Shown one piece after another: positions 23,632 through 39,974 of a DNA stretch of 64,000 nt; the stretch's first letter is position 1, and every line of letters begins with the position of its first letter. Under the pieces are notes generated by a model. It saw nothing but the letters and a program-made list of their open reading frames with translations, was not told the origin of the DNA and ran no database searches. The stretch is from the human T2T-CHM13v2.0 reference genome, Homo sapiens, in NCBI RefSeq assembly GCF_009914755.1, contig NC_060928.1. The stretch is one strand, 5' to 3'. Position numbers and translations under genes: made by a program.

Positions 23632-24569
23632 GGCAGCTTTAAAAGTTGGCCTTTCCCTGACATGACCATGCTCTCTGCCTTTGATCCCTTATGCTGAAGC
23701 TTAATGCGTGATACTCCATCCGATTCTTTCCTTGGAACACTTAATACCTACCCTTTCTCCCAGTAATTGAGAACTGCTGTTCTGTAGCATTCTTATTTTG
23801 GAGATTAATTCATGTGGGTTTATGTCTCCTGATATTATACGTGCTTTTTAATTAAGTTATTATTGATTTGTTGTATGTTTCATTAACAATCTCTGTGTTC
23901 CTCTCTTCCTTATATAAATATCTGATAAATTCTTTACAGACAGGTGTATGTGGTATGCCTCTTTGCATCTGCCAGTGATTGATTGGTCCGTGTCATCTGC
24001 CAGGGGGTAACTAATTCATGTTGACATAGTGCATAAAAGCAAGGACTCAGAGCCAGATATCTGAGTCTGAATTCTACTTCTAACACTTACTGACTATGTC
24101 ACTTCAGGCAATTTTCTTTGCCTCTCTATAGTTTTGTTGTATTATGTATAGAAAGGGGAAGAATCACCTTTTCCTAAAGTTCTTGTGAGGATTAAATAAA
24201 TTAATATATGTAAAACAGTCAAATTATTACCTGTCCACAGTAAGTGCTATCCAAATATTAGCTATTAATATTACGATGCACATCAAACAGCAAATGAAGC
24301 AAGTTAGAGGAATGGGTGTTTCTACCTGACAGGAATGTTAGACATGAAAGCCATATCCAAAAAGTTAGAAGACCACATACAAAGTAAATATTAAAGATCT
24401 TTAATGAGCAAGCCGTCATAATGAAGTGATGAATGACACATAGTTGGAATTCGGAGAAGGGAAAAATCACAGTGGAGTGGAAAGTAGGGGAAGGAGTCAC
24501 AGAAGAGGTCAAATTTGACTGGGACTTTGCAAAACAAGTTGTAAACAGGCAAGAAAAAAGTCTAGACAA

Positions 24570-25210
24570 AACCCTCATGTTCATTGCAGCATTATTTACA
24601 AAAGCCAAGATATGGAAATGACCCAAATGTCCACCAACAGATAAATGGATGAAGAAAATGGGAAATATACATACAATGGAATATTATTCAGCCTTAGAAA
24701 GAAGAAAGTCCTGCCATTTGTGACAACGTGGATGAACCCAGAAGACATTATGCCAGGTGAAATAAGCCAGTCACAAAAGGACAGACACTGCATGATTCCA
24801 CTTACATGAGGTATCTAAAATAGCCAGACTCACAGAAGCAAAGAATAGTGGTTGCCAGAGGCTGGGGGGAGGGAGAAATGGAGAATTGTTCTTCAATGAG
24901 TATAAAATTTCTGTTATGCAAGATGAATAAGTTCTAGAGATCTGCTGTACAATATGCCCATAGTTAACAATACTATATTGTGCACTTAAAAATCTGTTAA
25001 GAGGACAGATTTCTTGTTCAATGTTCTTACTACTTAATAAAAAAGCACACATACAAAAGAACACAAGGAAATTTTTGGAGGTAATGCATATGTTTATTAC
25101 CTTAGTTGTAATGCTGATATCAAGGGTATATGCGTATGTCTAAACTCATCAAGATGTATACATTAAATATGTGCAATTATTGTATATCAATTATACCTCA
25201 ATAAAGCTGA
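24570..25210 (+). mobile_element. L1MA/L1MB 3' end
   Basis: atgttcattgcagcattattt...gttctagagatctgctgtacaa...tcaattatacctcaataaagctg. Confidence 0.8.
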
Positions 25211-25361
25211 GAAAGTATTTTAATATGAAGCAGATTTTTAGCCTTCATATTTCATTTCCACAAGAATGATAATAACTCATGATCACTGAACATTTCTTGG
25301 CTACCAGCTAGTGTGCTAAGCACCTTATATTTCGTATTTAAATTAAATTAATGCTGACCTA

Positions 25362-25639
<278 letters not shown>

Positions 25640-25687
<48 letters not shown>

Positions 25688-26039
25688 ATGTGTATATATA
25701 TAAAACATATGTATATATACACACATATATACATATAGAAAACATACTATATATACACATATATAAAATATATACACATACATATATACATATATAACAT
25801 ATATGTATATATGTTATGTATGTATGTATATGTTATATATGTATATATGTTATATATGTATGTATATATACACATATATAAAATATGTGTATATATAATA
25901 TATAAAATATACTATATATACATGTATATATAAAATATATATACATTTATACATATATACATATATAACATATATACATATATAAAATGTATATATACAT
26001 ATATATGCATATATACATACATATATACATATATATAAA

Positions 26040-26070
<31 letters not shown>

Positions 26071-26085
26071 ATATGTATTTATATA
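25640..26085. repeat. (TC)n followed by degenerate (TA/CA/TG)n tract
   Basis: Direct reading. Confidence 0.95.
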
Positions 26086-26100
26086 AAGTGAAAACATGGA

Positions 26101-26403
<303 letters not shown>

Positions 26404-27467
26404 CTACATGAAGATTATATAGTGGCTCATTCAATGTCATATGACCAGTGAGTATTACAGAGGGGATTTAAACAGCTGTGCTCTCAACCACTTTACTAAC
26501 ATATTCTGCCAGATCTTGTTGCTCTAAATTTTTCATTGTAACTTTTTCTATGGCCTATGTCTCTTCATGTGTCTCACATCTTTTGTCACTTTGAGATTTT
26601 TTTTTATTTTGCTGTACTCCAGACACAAGTATTTTCTTATAACTGACTCTCTGATTCTTCTTCATACAGGTATGGTCTTGGCCAACATAACATGGTTTCC
26701 ATCAGCTATGGTAATTTCCTTATATCTATAATCACTGTCAGAAACTCATTCATACATTCATACTAATTTCCAGATTTCATTGTAATAGAAAATTTTTTGT
26801 AGGATATATTAGTATTACATTTACCAACTTTCCCAGTAACATACATCCCATAAAATCTGACAAAAAACTGTTTATTAGCTGAAAAAATGAAACCAACTCC
26901 AATTGATTACAATCATTATTACAATATGAATACACACTGTCTCATGCAAAGTGGGAAACAAGATTGGAAAGAGGAACTGAAATGTTCAATTGACTGTCTA
27001 GTTACAGAGGGTGAACTTTATGACAGCCTTAGAGATCCTTACATAGTTTTTGAGTGGGGCAGTGAAATGCCAAAACCAGTATTTTAGGAAGATAAGTCTA
27101 GTGTTGGTGTGCAGGATATTGGAGGAGAAATAAACTACCAGATAAACATCTGGAAGTCAGTAAGCCAGAATGGAGTGTGACATTTAAAAAAGGAAGAAGC
27201 AACAGTGTGTATGATATATTGGATATTTGGCTCAAAAGCAAAGCAGAACATAAGAATCCTACCAAAACATCATTATTAGTGTGTCATGATCACGCTTATA
27301 AACTTTACAAGACACACACATACACACTATTTGCCAGTTTTTTAGCCAACTAGGAAGCTCGTTCCTATGGATTCAGCATCAACTTCCACAGAGAAAATGT
27401 CCTCCATCAGGTCCCTCCTCTACCTCCTTGGAGCTTATGAACCTAGCTGCCAGCACTCCTCCTCCTC

Positions 27468-27470
<3 letters not shown>

Positions 27471-27510
<40 letters not shown>
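27471..27510. repeat. (CA)20 microsatellite about 1.7 kb upstream of AMBN
   Basis: Perfect run. Confidence 0.97.
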
Positions 27511-27513
<3 letters not shown>

Positions 27514-27635
27514 CTTGTGGTCTCATATTTCATGTAGTTTCTCCTACCAAAAGGACAATCAACTCATTCATTCAGCACCCAATAAATGGCAGCTGCTGCA
27601 TCTTCACCATCTCACCAATCTTTAAGACAAGCTCA

Positions 27636-27998
<363 letters not shown>

Positions 27999-29119
27999 TT
28001 AAGGGACTGCATCAAGCACCAGAGACAGCATGAAAAATAATACTTTTCATTTCAATAACATTTTGCTGTTTGCAAAACACATTCACATTCTTCATTTCTT
28101 TGCATCCTAAAGATAATTCTGGTATCAGTGGAACACAGAGGTTTTCAGGAGCAGCTTCTAAGATAACATTATTTGAAGCTGTTAGGCCTACATTTGGGTA
28201 TGGATACAGCTTTCTCTCAAAATACCAGCTTCCTCAATGTTCCCTGTAATTGACAAGATCCCTACTTCCCTAAAGAGTGTACTGACTCATCCCTTCTTCA
28301 GAACTAATCTTAAATGCTTATCCCTACCATATCTGAAATCACAACTTTGGAAAGACAAGGATGGGCAGAGAAGTAACAAAAGCAGCTAATATTCAATCCA
28401 CATCCAAGATATTATCTGTTCACGGAGAAAAACCAATCTGTGTTGACGTTAACCTTTTAAGTGATCGAAATATGTCTTATTAACCTGGCTTGATACTAAT
28501 GCCTGGGAATGTGTCTATCTGAAGAGTGAACTGACACTTGTGCCCATTGATTTGGTTCATAGAGAATGTTCTGATTTACGTCCCCGTCCCCACAGATTTT
28601 TTTTAAAATGCACCAAACGTTTACCTGAAGTAAACCTGATTCTTGCAAAGGGTCCAACTGTAGTTTCTTACAAAAGCTTGGCTATCTCTAATCAATTATC
28701 TCCAGATATGAAAATATCTAGGAAATTCAAGGAAGAAATCACACACATTAATTTTCCATCTAACATTTTAGTGTTTTCTTTTAAACTCTGTGTGTGCTGG
28801 GGGGAAGGACAGTAGTCTCTTTTACTACAACAAACAGGAGGGTGAAAACCTGAAGAATGCTAGCATTGGGTCACTAGCTTTATCTGCAGATAAAACCTGC
28901 ACAAAACAGGTTTTGTTTTGCACCTATTTTACATATATTTTCCCCAGCTCACCAAAATAATTGTCTTCAGAGCCTATGTCCATTATTCCTTTACTGCCTT
29001 CCCTGCTATCAAGTTCTCTGAATAAGTACAGGGGCTGCAGTACAATTAAAAATAATGAGACCCTACTGGGCCAATGTCCCTGCACGCAATAAAAGGGTGT
29101 GGACTAATTGCAGGAGCAG

Positions 29120-29225
29120 AGATTCCCGCCCCAACTCCCCCCCGCCACCCCTCGCCATTTTGCTTCACTTTGATTGGTGGATTGGCACTTTAAATAAAGG
29201 TTTCTAATCTTCCCTGAATGAGAAG
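29120..29225 (+). promoter_or_regulatory. AMBN proximal promoter: GC boxes, two inverted CCAAT boxes, TATA-like box
   Basis: cccgcccc at 29125-29132 and cccgccaccc at 29141-29150; ATTGG at 29173 and 29181; TTTAAATAAA at 29189-29198, implying a TSS near 29220 (inferred). Confidence 0.75.
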
Positions 29226-29322
29226 TACAGAGCAAGTCCCACGCACAGTCCTGAAAAAAATTTTAATCTTCTTTTCTTAGAACTATCTTGGTTGGCATCA
29301 TCAGGCCCTGAGAGCACAGTGC

Positions 29323-29337
29323 ATGTCAGCATCTAAG
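29323..29337 (+). CDS. AMBN: Ameloblastin exon 1, coding part (MSASK)
   Basis: ATG TCA GCA TCT AAG followed by donor gtaaaa; joins exon 2 in frame to give the known N-terminus MSASKIPLFKMKDL. Confidence 0.93.
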
Positions 29338-30290
29338 GTAAAATGGGATTTTATGATTTCCATGTGTTTCCTGTAAATTCTTTTTTTCCTATCTCCTGAC
29401 AGCTTTTATAAAGAGGATTTATCTTCATTTGTCACCAGTAGCTGAATTATTGCTTGTTGTAATCCATTAGCATGTCCCAGAGATGACATGCCTAACACCC
29501 ATTCAACTAAGAAAAAAAAAAAGACTTTTATTTATAGATTGTGTTTTTTTTAATGTTTTTGATTATAGTGCCTAATTCTTTTTAATATTAGAAGATGAGT
29601 AAATTTCTAGGCTATTCAGATCTCTATTCATGTAAGAATAAAGAGCTTTTTGAATTTATAGAATAAATTTTAAAAGATAATTCATTTTAGGAAGAGGAAA
29701 GCTAAATTTGAGACATATTTTCCACTAACATCAAAGAAAATTAAGATAGCCAATTTACTCTCATTTGAAAAGAAAAATTTTGTCATGGTTACGTAGATTA
29801 CCTAAACATGCAATGATGTACCCTCTATTCCTGCAAATAAAGGTTTGTTATAAAATGACTTAGTTGCATTACATTTCACATGCATTTCAAAATGTGTCCC
29901 AAAGGGTAAGCAAAGTATAAACTTCTGTGAATAATACCTTATAGACCAATATTTTACTTAGTGGGAAGGATTTTTAAACTCATAATTCACTTTATGAAAT
30001 GAAATATATCACAAAGAATATCGATGGAGGTTGTTCCTACATACTTATTTAGGCTGTAGATCCATTTAAAACGTGCTTAGATATTTTTTAATTGCTTGTT
30101 AATTTATTTCAGAAACTACTACATACAAATCGGTTGTTTAGTAACATTTAGTTTTTGTTTTTGTTCTTCTAACCTTTATCCCGGTGGTTTTTGTAAGAGC
30201 AGAGACTCAGGCTCATTTTCAAAAATTGTCTTTTAACCATTCTGAATAAAAATTCATCTGATTTAATTCTCCAACTTAATTATGTTTTAG

Positions 30291-30359
30291 ATTCCACTTT
30301 TCAAAATGAAGGACCTGATACTGATCCTATGCCTCCTGGAAATGAGTTTTGCAGTGCCG
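30291..30359 (+). CDS. AMBN: Ameloblastin exon 2 (IPLFKMKDLILILCLLEMSFAVP, signal peptide)
   Basis: ttttag acceptor, gtaagt donor, 69 nt; hydrophobic signal peptide, also seen in ORF track 30306. Confidence 0.97.
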
Positions 30360-30546
30360 GTAAGTCAGTCTTTAGAGTGTGTCCCAGAAAAGGTTATTGA
30401 TTGTCGAACTCCAAACAACACTGAAGGGATATGGACTGAGAGTCCACGCATAGACTCACTTGATTTAATCCAGTGGTTTAGTCCTATTGAGTCAAAAGCC
30501 ATAGTTGCTCAGATGTCAGTCTTGCAATCCAAAAGCGGTAAGTGAT

Positions 30547-30878
<332 letters not shown>

Positions 30879-32137
30879 TTATTTAAAATAGTCCCAAGAC
30901 AATTTCTAGATCTTATTCCACTCATTCAAAGTTAAAAGCTTAGATAGTCTCCACAATGCATGGCGAAATTTTATTATCAACTTATTGCTATCATTATAAA
31001 GTTGAAATGGAAAGAGGAAATTTCTTTGAAAAAAATACATTTTCTTCATTTCAAAAAGAACTATCTCTAAATTTCTATGGTTACAAAACTCAGCTAGATA
31101 ATTCCATTTAAAGCTAGTAATTAACTAGCAAATTTACCTTGTAAACATGAAATTGTGTGACTGAGAGCTGAAGTTTCATAAATCAAAACATATCATAGTG
31201 ATGGGGCTAATTGTGTATTACAGTCCCACACCTGATCCATTCTAGTATATATTGAAATGATCTCATACAAACACAATCTTTTGAACACTGAACTACTCCA
31301 GCCAACAGCATGCAATTCTGTTATCACAAAAACTTTATTTGGCTGCTATATGCATTTAGCAAATATGTTGAGCAGCTGCCATGCATCCAGTAAATAAGAC
31401 ATGGAAAAATGAAAGTAAATAAGACATGATCTCTTGTCTCCAGTAGCTCACAGTTGGCCTCAAATGAACTTTAGAGTATTTTAATTCCTTGAAAGAAAAG
31501 GTTAGCTACTTGGTCTTCTTAAAGTGTTTTAGAGAAAGAGAATGGAAATGGAGAAAGAGGTTGAAAACTGATTATAATGATGAAAACCTTAATTCCACAA
31601 ATAAAAATAGTCTCTGTTCCATCACGCAAGATGAATTTTAAATGAAAGAAAAATTGAGGGTGCCACCCTAGCTTACCTTTATATGATACTGACGTTGGGA
31701 TGAGCCTCAGTCATTCACTATCAGTCTAACACATTGGCATTCTTTGAACCTATAATGATCCACACCTGAATCAATTGGGTCCACTCTGAGGAACAGAACA
31801 ATTGCTTATTATTGCCAACTCATTGCCTGTCAAATCAGATGTTCTTCTCCTATTAATTCTGCATGGGAAATGTATCCCCTATCTGTATACATTCGTGTAA
31901 ATATTCTTTAAGTCATGACTTAGAGCAGATGGAAAGCAAAGTACACTTTGTTCTGTGGCTCAATCCAGGATGTGTTATTTATGCACTGGCAAATAGTGGG
32001 GAAGAAGGTCCTGCTCTCACGATTCCCCCAAATTCTCAACAAGCTAACCACCACATACACACATACATGCACAATCACTCTTCCTGTCTACACAGCTAAC
32101 CTCTTTCCTACCCAGAGTATTTGCTACACATTTGTAA

Positions 32138-32446
<309 letters not shown>

Positions 32447-32837
32447 CTTTCCCTCTATTCTTGTCCAAAACTGAATTATTTAAAGAAATTCTCACTATGA
32501 CCCAGAAGGTGGGATTTTACTTACATGAAAAAGGTGGTGGGTGGAAAAAGTAGGGGGTGTAATTCTTTAACTTCTTACTCATAAAGGAAAAATAATACTG
32601 ATATATTTGGTAAACATTCCCTAAATCCTTGTGGTATAACTGAAGGAAAGACGGCATTACAACCCCTTGGTCTTAGAAAGTGAGAATATCCAAAGAACCA
32701 GAGACTCTCAAAATCCAATTTACTCTAATTCCTACTCTTCCATTCGCCATGTTTTCTACCGGTATTTGTGTAAAGTAATAAGGATTGGTTTCAAAAGAAA
32801 AATATATTTAACAAAAAAACAAAAAACAAAAGGAAAA

Positions 32838-33269
<432 letters not shown>

Positions 33270-33962
33270 TTACATTTTAAAAAGCTAATTGTATAGATAG
33301 GTATATTTTTGAACAACTTTTAAGTGAACACATTAAGTATAATAGTATTTTGTGCTAGAATGCTTTTTATTTAAGGGAAAAAAACCTTTGATATGATCCC
33401 AAAGTATAGTAGGTTTACACATAAAATAATCTTTCACTAAAAATGATAGGGAATTTGCTGAAGCCCTTTGAATGGGAATCCAGTTAGATTTTTCATATGA
33501 TTTTTCTGAATGTCATGATCCCATGCCATGTCTTGTAAACCAAAATCATATAGATTTGTCGAAAGCACATGAAAATTCAGCTTGGGTTTGTCCCCTTTAC
33601 TTTTTTCTGTGGTAATTTTTAAAGAAAATAAAGTACTAGTAGTTTTCTATTTTGTTGCTTTATTCTATTTCTCCTTGTGTGTAACTTTAAATCATATTTT
33701 GCTTTTAAAGCAATGAAGCATTAAGATGCAGACAAAGGATAGATGATGCAGGTGGGAGCAAAATTATCAAATACTATGTTGATTCTCCCAAATAACTTAT
33801 GCTCTTCTTCATTCTGCCCAAGCACTCAAGTCATTTGCATAATAAACCAAAATGGTGGCCTCTCAGGTAGCCCGTATGTACTGGAGCAATATCCTACGCC
33901 CAATGGGCATTGAAGGAAGTTTTGTACCAATAAGACTCAAAATTATTCTTATTTTCATTCAG

Positions 33963-34013
33963 TTCTTTCCTCAGCAATCTGGAACACCGGGTATGGCTAG
34001 TTTGAGCCTTGAG
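33963..34013 (+). CDS. AMBN: Ameloblastin exon 3 (FFPQQSGTPGMASLSLE)
   Basis: ttcattcag acceptor, gtatgt donor, 51 nt; ends in an S-x-E motif typical of SCPP exons. Confidence 0.97.
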
Positions 34014-35319
34014 GTATGTATTGTCAGAATTTTTAACATATTAACTTTACATTGGTATATTTGTGGTACAGGAGAAATATAATCGTGTGCTTCTCAGTTT
34101 TCCTAGCCAGAAGTTTGTGGCTGTTATCCTGAGGAGTGCTAGAAAAGTTATGACATTTACTAGAGCTTTGTCTTATAATTCTACTGCAGTTTTAAACTCT
34201 CAGGTGTTTTAAGTTTTAGAACATTGTTTCTATGCAAACCAAAGCAATATTAGTATTTAATGCCTTATATATAATATGCACATTAATAAAATTACTACCT
34301 TAATTAAAATACATTGCTCCATACTCACAAATAGTTTATTTTTAATCCTGCTCCTTATACTATCTTACATGATAAAGTTCTCATGAAAAATTTTGTACCT
34401 GTACAAAATTTAATTTTTTATAAGTCTGGTAAATAACATTAACATTGTACTATGATACTTCCTGCATAAGTTGTACAGTGTATTTGTCTTATTGCAGTTC
34501 TCATGTAATATATATTCTGTTTAGAAAACTCCAGCAAAACAGAAATTTTGGTCATGTCAATGAAAAATATTGACAGTTATATATAGAAAGATATTTATAA
34601 GATTATAAATTTTTCACAAGGTCTTGTGAAATTTCCATGTGTCATGGTAAGCTGGGGGCAGTCAATACCTATTTGAGCTAGACGCTTATTTCACATGGAA
34701 GCTAATTTCGCTGAGGGTTTTTTTCTCACTTTTTAGCTTAAACTCAATCCAAAGCATTCTAAATCTCTTCCCGTGAAAAAAGTTAAATTGGCATTCTGTT
34801 GAAATGGTAGCATTCTCGATAATCTATCCAGATACTTAACATTTCTTTCAATAGTTTTTATTTTTAATATTTTGAAAGATTTATTTTATGGGAAAGAGGT
34901 AGAAGTTTTATTTGTTTGTCTTGTTTGTTTGTTTCAAATTCCTCTTCTGGCTGAACTTGTAAAGGGCAAAGTAAATTAAATGGGGAGAAAGAGTCAATGA
35001 AGCAAAGTCCTCACAATTACACTTATATTTCAATGGAATGAGCTATTTTCCCATGTTTCAATGTAACCTCCACTTAAATAATACTTTTTCTCCTTTAATT
35101 AATGATAAAAGCAACTGCATTATTTTAATAGCAATAATAATAACAATGGCAGAACCAAATTTAATATTTCCACCTTTCAGTGATGATTTGTGTCTACTTT
35201 CATTTTATTAAATTGATTCACACCAAACTTTGTGTTGATAATGTCAAATATCATGAGAAATCAGTTGTGTCAAACACAGCATATGCGATAAACAGTAACC
35301 CACTTTTTTTTCTTGATAG

Positions 35320-35367
35320 ACAATGAGACAGTTGGGAAGTCTGCAGAGATTAAACACACTTTCTCAG
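35320..35367 (+). CDS. AMBN: Ameloblastin exon 4 (TMRQLGSLQRLNTLSQ)
   Basis: polypyrimidine tract plus tag acceptor, gtaatc donor, 48 nt. Confidence 0.96.
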
Positions 35368-35667
35368 GTAATCATATTTCTTATTGCAAGTATTCATGGT
35401 GGTGGTAGTGTTAATATTAGCAGCAGCATTATAATTCATCAAATTTATTTATGAATAGACAATATACTAAAGATTGGAAGAACCAAGAAGTAAATGAGAG
35501 CCTAAAACAAAATAAGATACAGTGACAGGGAAAAACAAAAACAATATTGAATTTTATTGAGTTAAGAAAAGAATCTTTTCCTGCATTATTAATTTTATTA
35601 TGTGGCACAAAACACAAGTGCTTAAAAAGCTAAATCTCAAACAATTTATGCAAATATTGCAGACTAG

Positions 35668-36038
<371 letters not shown>

Positions 36039-36124
36039 ATACCTATCCATTTTAAATTAACCAACATCACTTTTGCTTTTGCTATATTTATGCTATGTGT
36101 TGATTTTTTAGAAAATGAAAACCA

Positions 36125-36448
<324 letters not shown>

Positions 36449-36499
36449 TTATATTTAACATTTAAATATAAGCATGTCTTTTTTTATCCATGTCTTTAG

Positions 36500-36610
36500 T
36501 ATTCTAGATACGGCTTTGGAAAATCATTTAATTCTTTGTGGATGCACGGTCTCCTCCCACCACATTCCTCTCTTCCATGGATGAGGCCAAGAGAACATGA
36601 AACTCAACAG
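36500..36610 (+). CDS. AMBN: Ameloblastin exon 5 (YSRYGFGKSFNSLWMHGLLPPHSSLPWMRPREHETQQ)
   Basis: tctttag acceptor, gtgagt donor, 111 nt. Confidence 0.97.
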
Positions 36611-36921
36611 GTGAGTGAATAGCATCAATATGTTTGAAACCTCAGGCTTTAAAACCTCTTCTTACTTGCCTTCTTTAAGTTATGATATATTAGAAACAGC
36701 CAAGTCCTAGCATTAACAAAAAATTATTCTCGTGCCAAATAAATCGAAGCCTATAACTGCTTTTAGCGCTTAAGAAATATTTTTAAATTTAAAACTATTT
36801 GCATATTTATTTAAAATAGGAAGATACAGCCTCCAAAATATGAGACCTATATTAAAGATATCAGTAAACAATCCTCGAAAATCAAAGCAGGCTACATCCT
36901 GGACAATTTTCATTTGAATCA

Positions 36922-37305
<384 letters not shown>

Positions 37306-38381
37306 TCATGAACCCTACAGAAGTCAATAAATATATCAATCTGTTAACCATTATTGATTAGGTGCCTAATAAATACATAAACCAAATTGTGGTTTGGTAG
37401 TAAAAGCGAAGACATTTAAGAATGGCTCCAAGGATTGTGAAATTTCATCTTATCTGATTCAGATAGGACAAGACAACATATTTCAAAGTGCTGAATTGTG
37501 ACATGTGAGTAATGAATACTGCGTGAGCTCAGAGAGGGGTGATGGCTGGAGAGGCAAAGCAGAGCCCCAAATTGTTGCGAGACTTCCTTGCTGGTCTGAG
37601 GAGTTTACAATCAATCTACAAACAATAGGGAGCCATTCACCAAAAGTAATTTCTACAAGAAGTAACAAAACATGGTGATTTTAACGGGGAATTTTTTCGT
37701 TTAATATATGGACTCAGAACCAAGATTTAACAGGGAATTTTAGTTCCAGGCGGTCTTCCACAGCAGGAGCATTACCACGAGGTCACATTCAGTAGAACAA
37801 TAAATTATGTTAATGGTGACTGTTTCTTAACTTAATTGTTTCCAAAGTGGACTCCATGATGCAAGAATTTGATTGGCATTTTAATTAATTACCCTTTATC
37901 CTTTCATTAACTCGAAAAATATATTAGGCACCCACCATGGGCCAGGCACTTGTTAGGAGCTATGTTATGTACACGGGCTATAAAGAAAAACAAAACATAT
38001 CATTCTCTCTCCGTTGACTGGGGGACAAAGATTTATAACAAATAATTATCATCCAGTGAGAAAGTGGTAAAATAAAGATACAGATACATACAGACAGCTA
38101 TGGGAACTTAGAGAAGGACATGACTCATCCTACCAGGAGGTTCATGTAGCTTCACCTTTATGAGCAATGGTGGTCCCAAAGGAGGTAGGGGAGGCACACA
38201 CAAGACCTCCCCAAACAACATTAACACTAACTGGTGCTTGCTATGTAAACTCAACTTCAAGACAAGTCTCCTAGCCTCCCTTCCAGATAGAAAGCGCCCC
38301 AAGCCCCTTTGTTTAGAAATTCTAGGCACCGTTGTTTAATGAGCCATCCCTTCCTAACACTCTTTTCAAATTTCTCTGCAG

Positions 38382-38618
38382 TATGAATATTCTTTGCCTG
38401 TGCATCCCCCACCTCTCCCATCACAGCCATCCTTGAAGCCTCAACAGCCAGGACTGAAACCTTTTCTCCAGTCTGCTGCTGCAACCACCAACCAGGCCAC
38501 AGCACTGAAAGAAGCACTTCAGCCTCCAATTCACCTGGGACATCTGCCCTTGCAGGAAGGAGAACTGCCTCTGGTTCAGCAGCAGGTGGCACCATCAGAT
38601 AAGCCACCAAAGCCTGAG
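38382..38618 (+). CDS. AMBN: Ameloblastin exon 6 (YEYSLPVHPPPLPSQ...SDKPPKPE), Pro/Gln-rich
   Basis: tctctgcag acceptor, gtactt donor, 237 nt; matches ORF track 38394. Confidence 0.97.
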
Positions 38619-39587
38619 GTACTTCCTTTCTCTTGAAGTCAGATCAGAATCACCAGCTAACCTAATAGAAGAAAACGAATTTGCAGGGCACTTTTAAATA
38701 ATCGTAGCCTTCAGGCATAATACGTGATATAAATATATTCTTAATCAGTCTTCCACATCTGAGATTTATTTTTTGAGTAAAACGTAAATATCCATTCCTA
38801 TCTTTTGCCATCAGAGACAGGGCATGGATTCTAAAAGATACTGTGCCTATAAAACTGGGTTTCTTAGTTGCGAAAGATGAAAACTCCCATAGGAAATAGA
38901 ATAAAACCCCAGAGAAGTCCAGGTTTCCTATCACTGGTCTTTTTTGGTATTGGAAAAACTGAAAAAAGTGATTGATCCCTCAGCATAACAAGTAGGATTT
39001 TGCATTATTATCTCTCTGACAAAGAGGTGACCACTATGCAAAAAGTATCTTGTAATAATGTAGAGAAAAGTGTAATGGATTAAAAAAAAAATGAAGGTAC
39101 CAAGTAACCAGTATGTTGTGGGCATTTATCATTCCCCCATATCACCCTGCCTACAATCCTATAAAAATATATATTATCAGCCTTTTTAAAGAAAGGAAGA
39201 CAGATTTTGAGAAGTTACAAAATTTGCCCAGGAGTACACAAAAATTAAGTGGCAGAGCCAGGGTTCAAACCAACCAGGTATGTTCCAGTTCCAAAATTCA
39301 TTACTTTCTAATCTGCAAGAGATAGCAAAGCCATGATAGATGTGCCTCATCTCCCTGCAGGTACATTTGAGTAATGTTAGTAAAAGACCATTGCAAACTC
39401 TTGGGTCATACCTCCCAAAACACTAAAAGAAAGTAAAATAATGAAACTCATTTTAATTGTTTTATTGTAATTGTAAACAAGATAAGGATGTGATCAGTTC
39501 ACTTTGTCTATTTTTTTATTTTTAATGTCACTTTGTCTATTTTGTTTATTTTTTGACTGATAATTTTAATATTTATCTGTGATATAG

Positions 39588-39626
39588 CTCCCAGGAGTAG
39601 ATTTTGCTGATCCACAAGGTCCATCA
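39588..39626 (+). CDS. AMBN: Ameloblastin exon 7 (LPGVDFADPQGPS)
   Basis: atatag / gtaagt, 39 nt. Confidence 0.95.
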
Positions 39627-39761
39627 GTAAGTACAGATCTCAATGAGACACTTTCTGTATTTTATTTTTTAATTTTTATTTGTTCACTTTTTTATTTTTA
39701 TTTGTATTTAACTACTTTGTTCATTTTTTACTGATAATTTTAATATTTATCTACAATATAG

Positions 39762-39800
39762 CTCCCAGGAATGGATTTTCCTGATCCACAAGGTCCATCA
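39762..39800 (+). CDS. AMBN: Ameloblastin exon 8 (LPGMDFPDPQGPS)
   Basis: atatag / gtaagt, 39 nt, tandem copy of exon 7. Confidence 0.94.
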
Positions 39801-39935
39801 GTAAGTACAGATCTCAGTGAGACACTTCTATTTTTTATTTTTATTTTTATTTGTTCACTTTGTCTATCTTTTATTTGCATTTATCTATTTTGTTCCTTTT
39901 TTGACTGATAATTTTAATATTTATCTGTAATATAG

Positions 39936-39974
39936 CTCCCAGGATTGGATTTTGCTGATCCACAAGGTTCAACA
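39936..39974 (+). CDS. AMBN: Ameloblastin exon 9 (LPGLDFADPQGST)
   Basis: atatag / gtaagt, 39 nt, third tandem copy. Confidence 0.94.
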
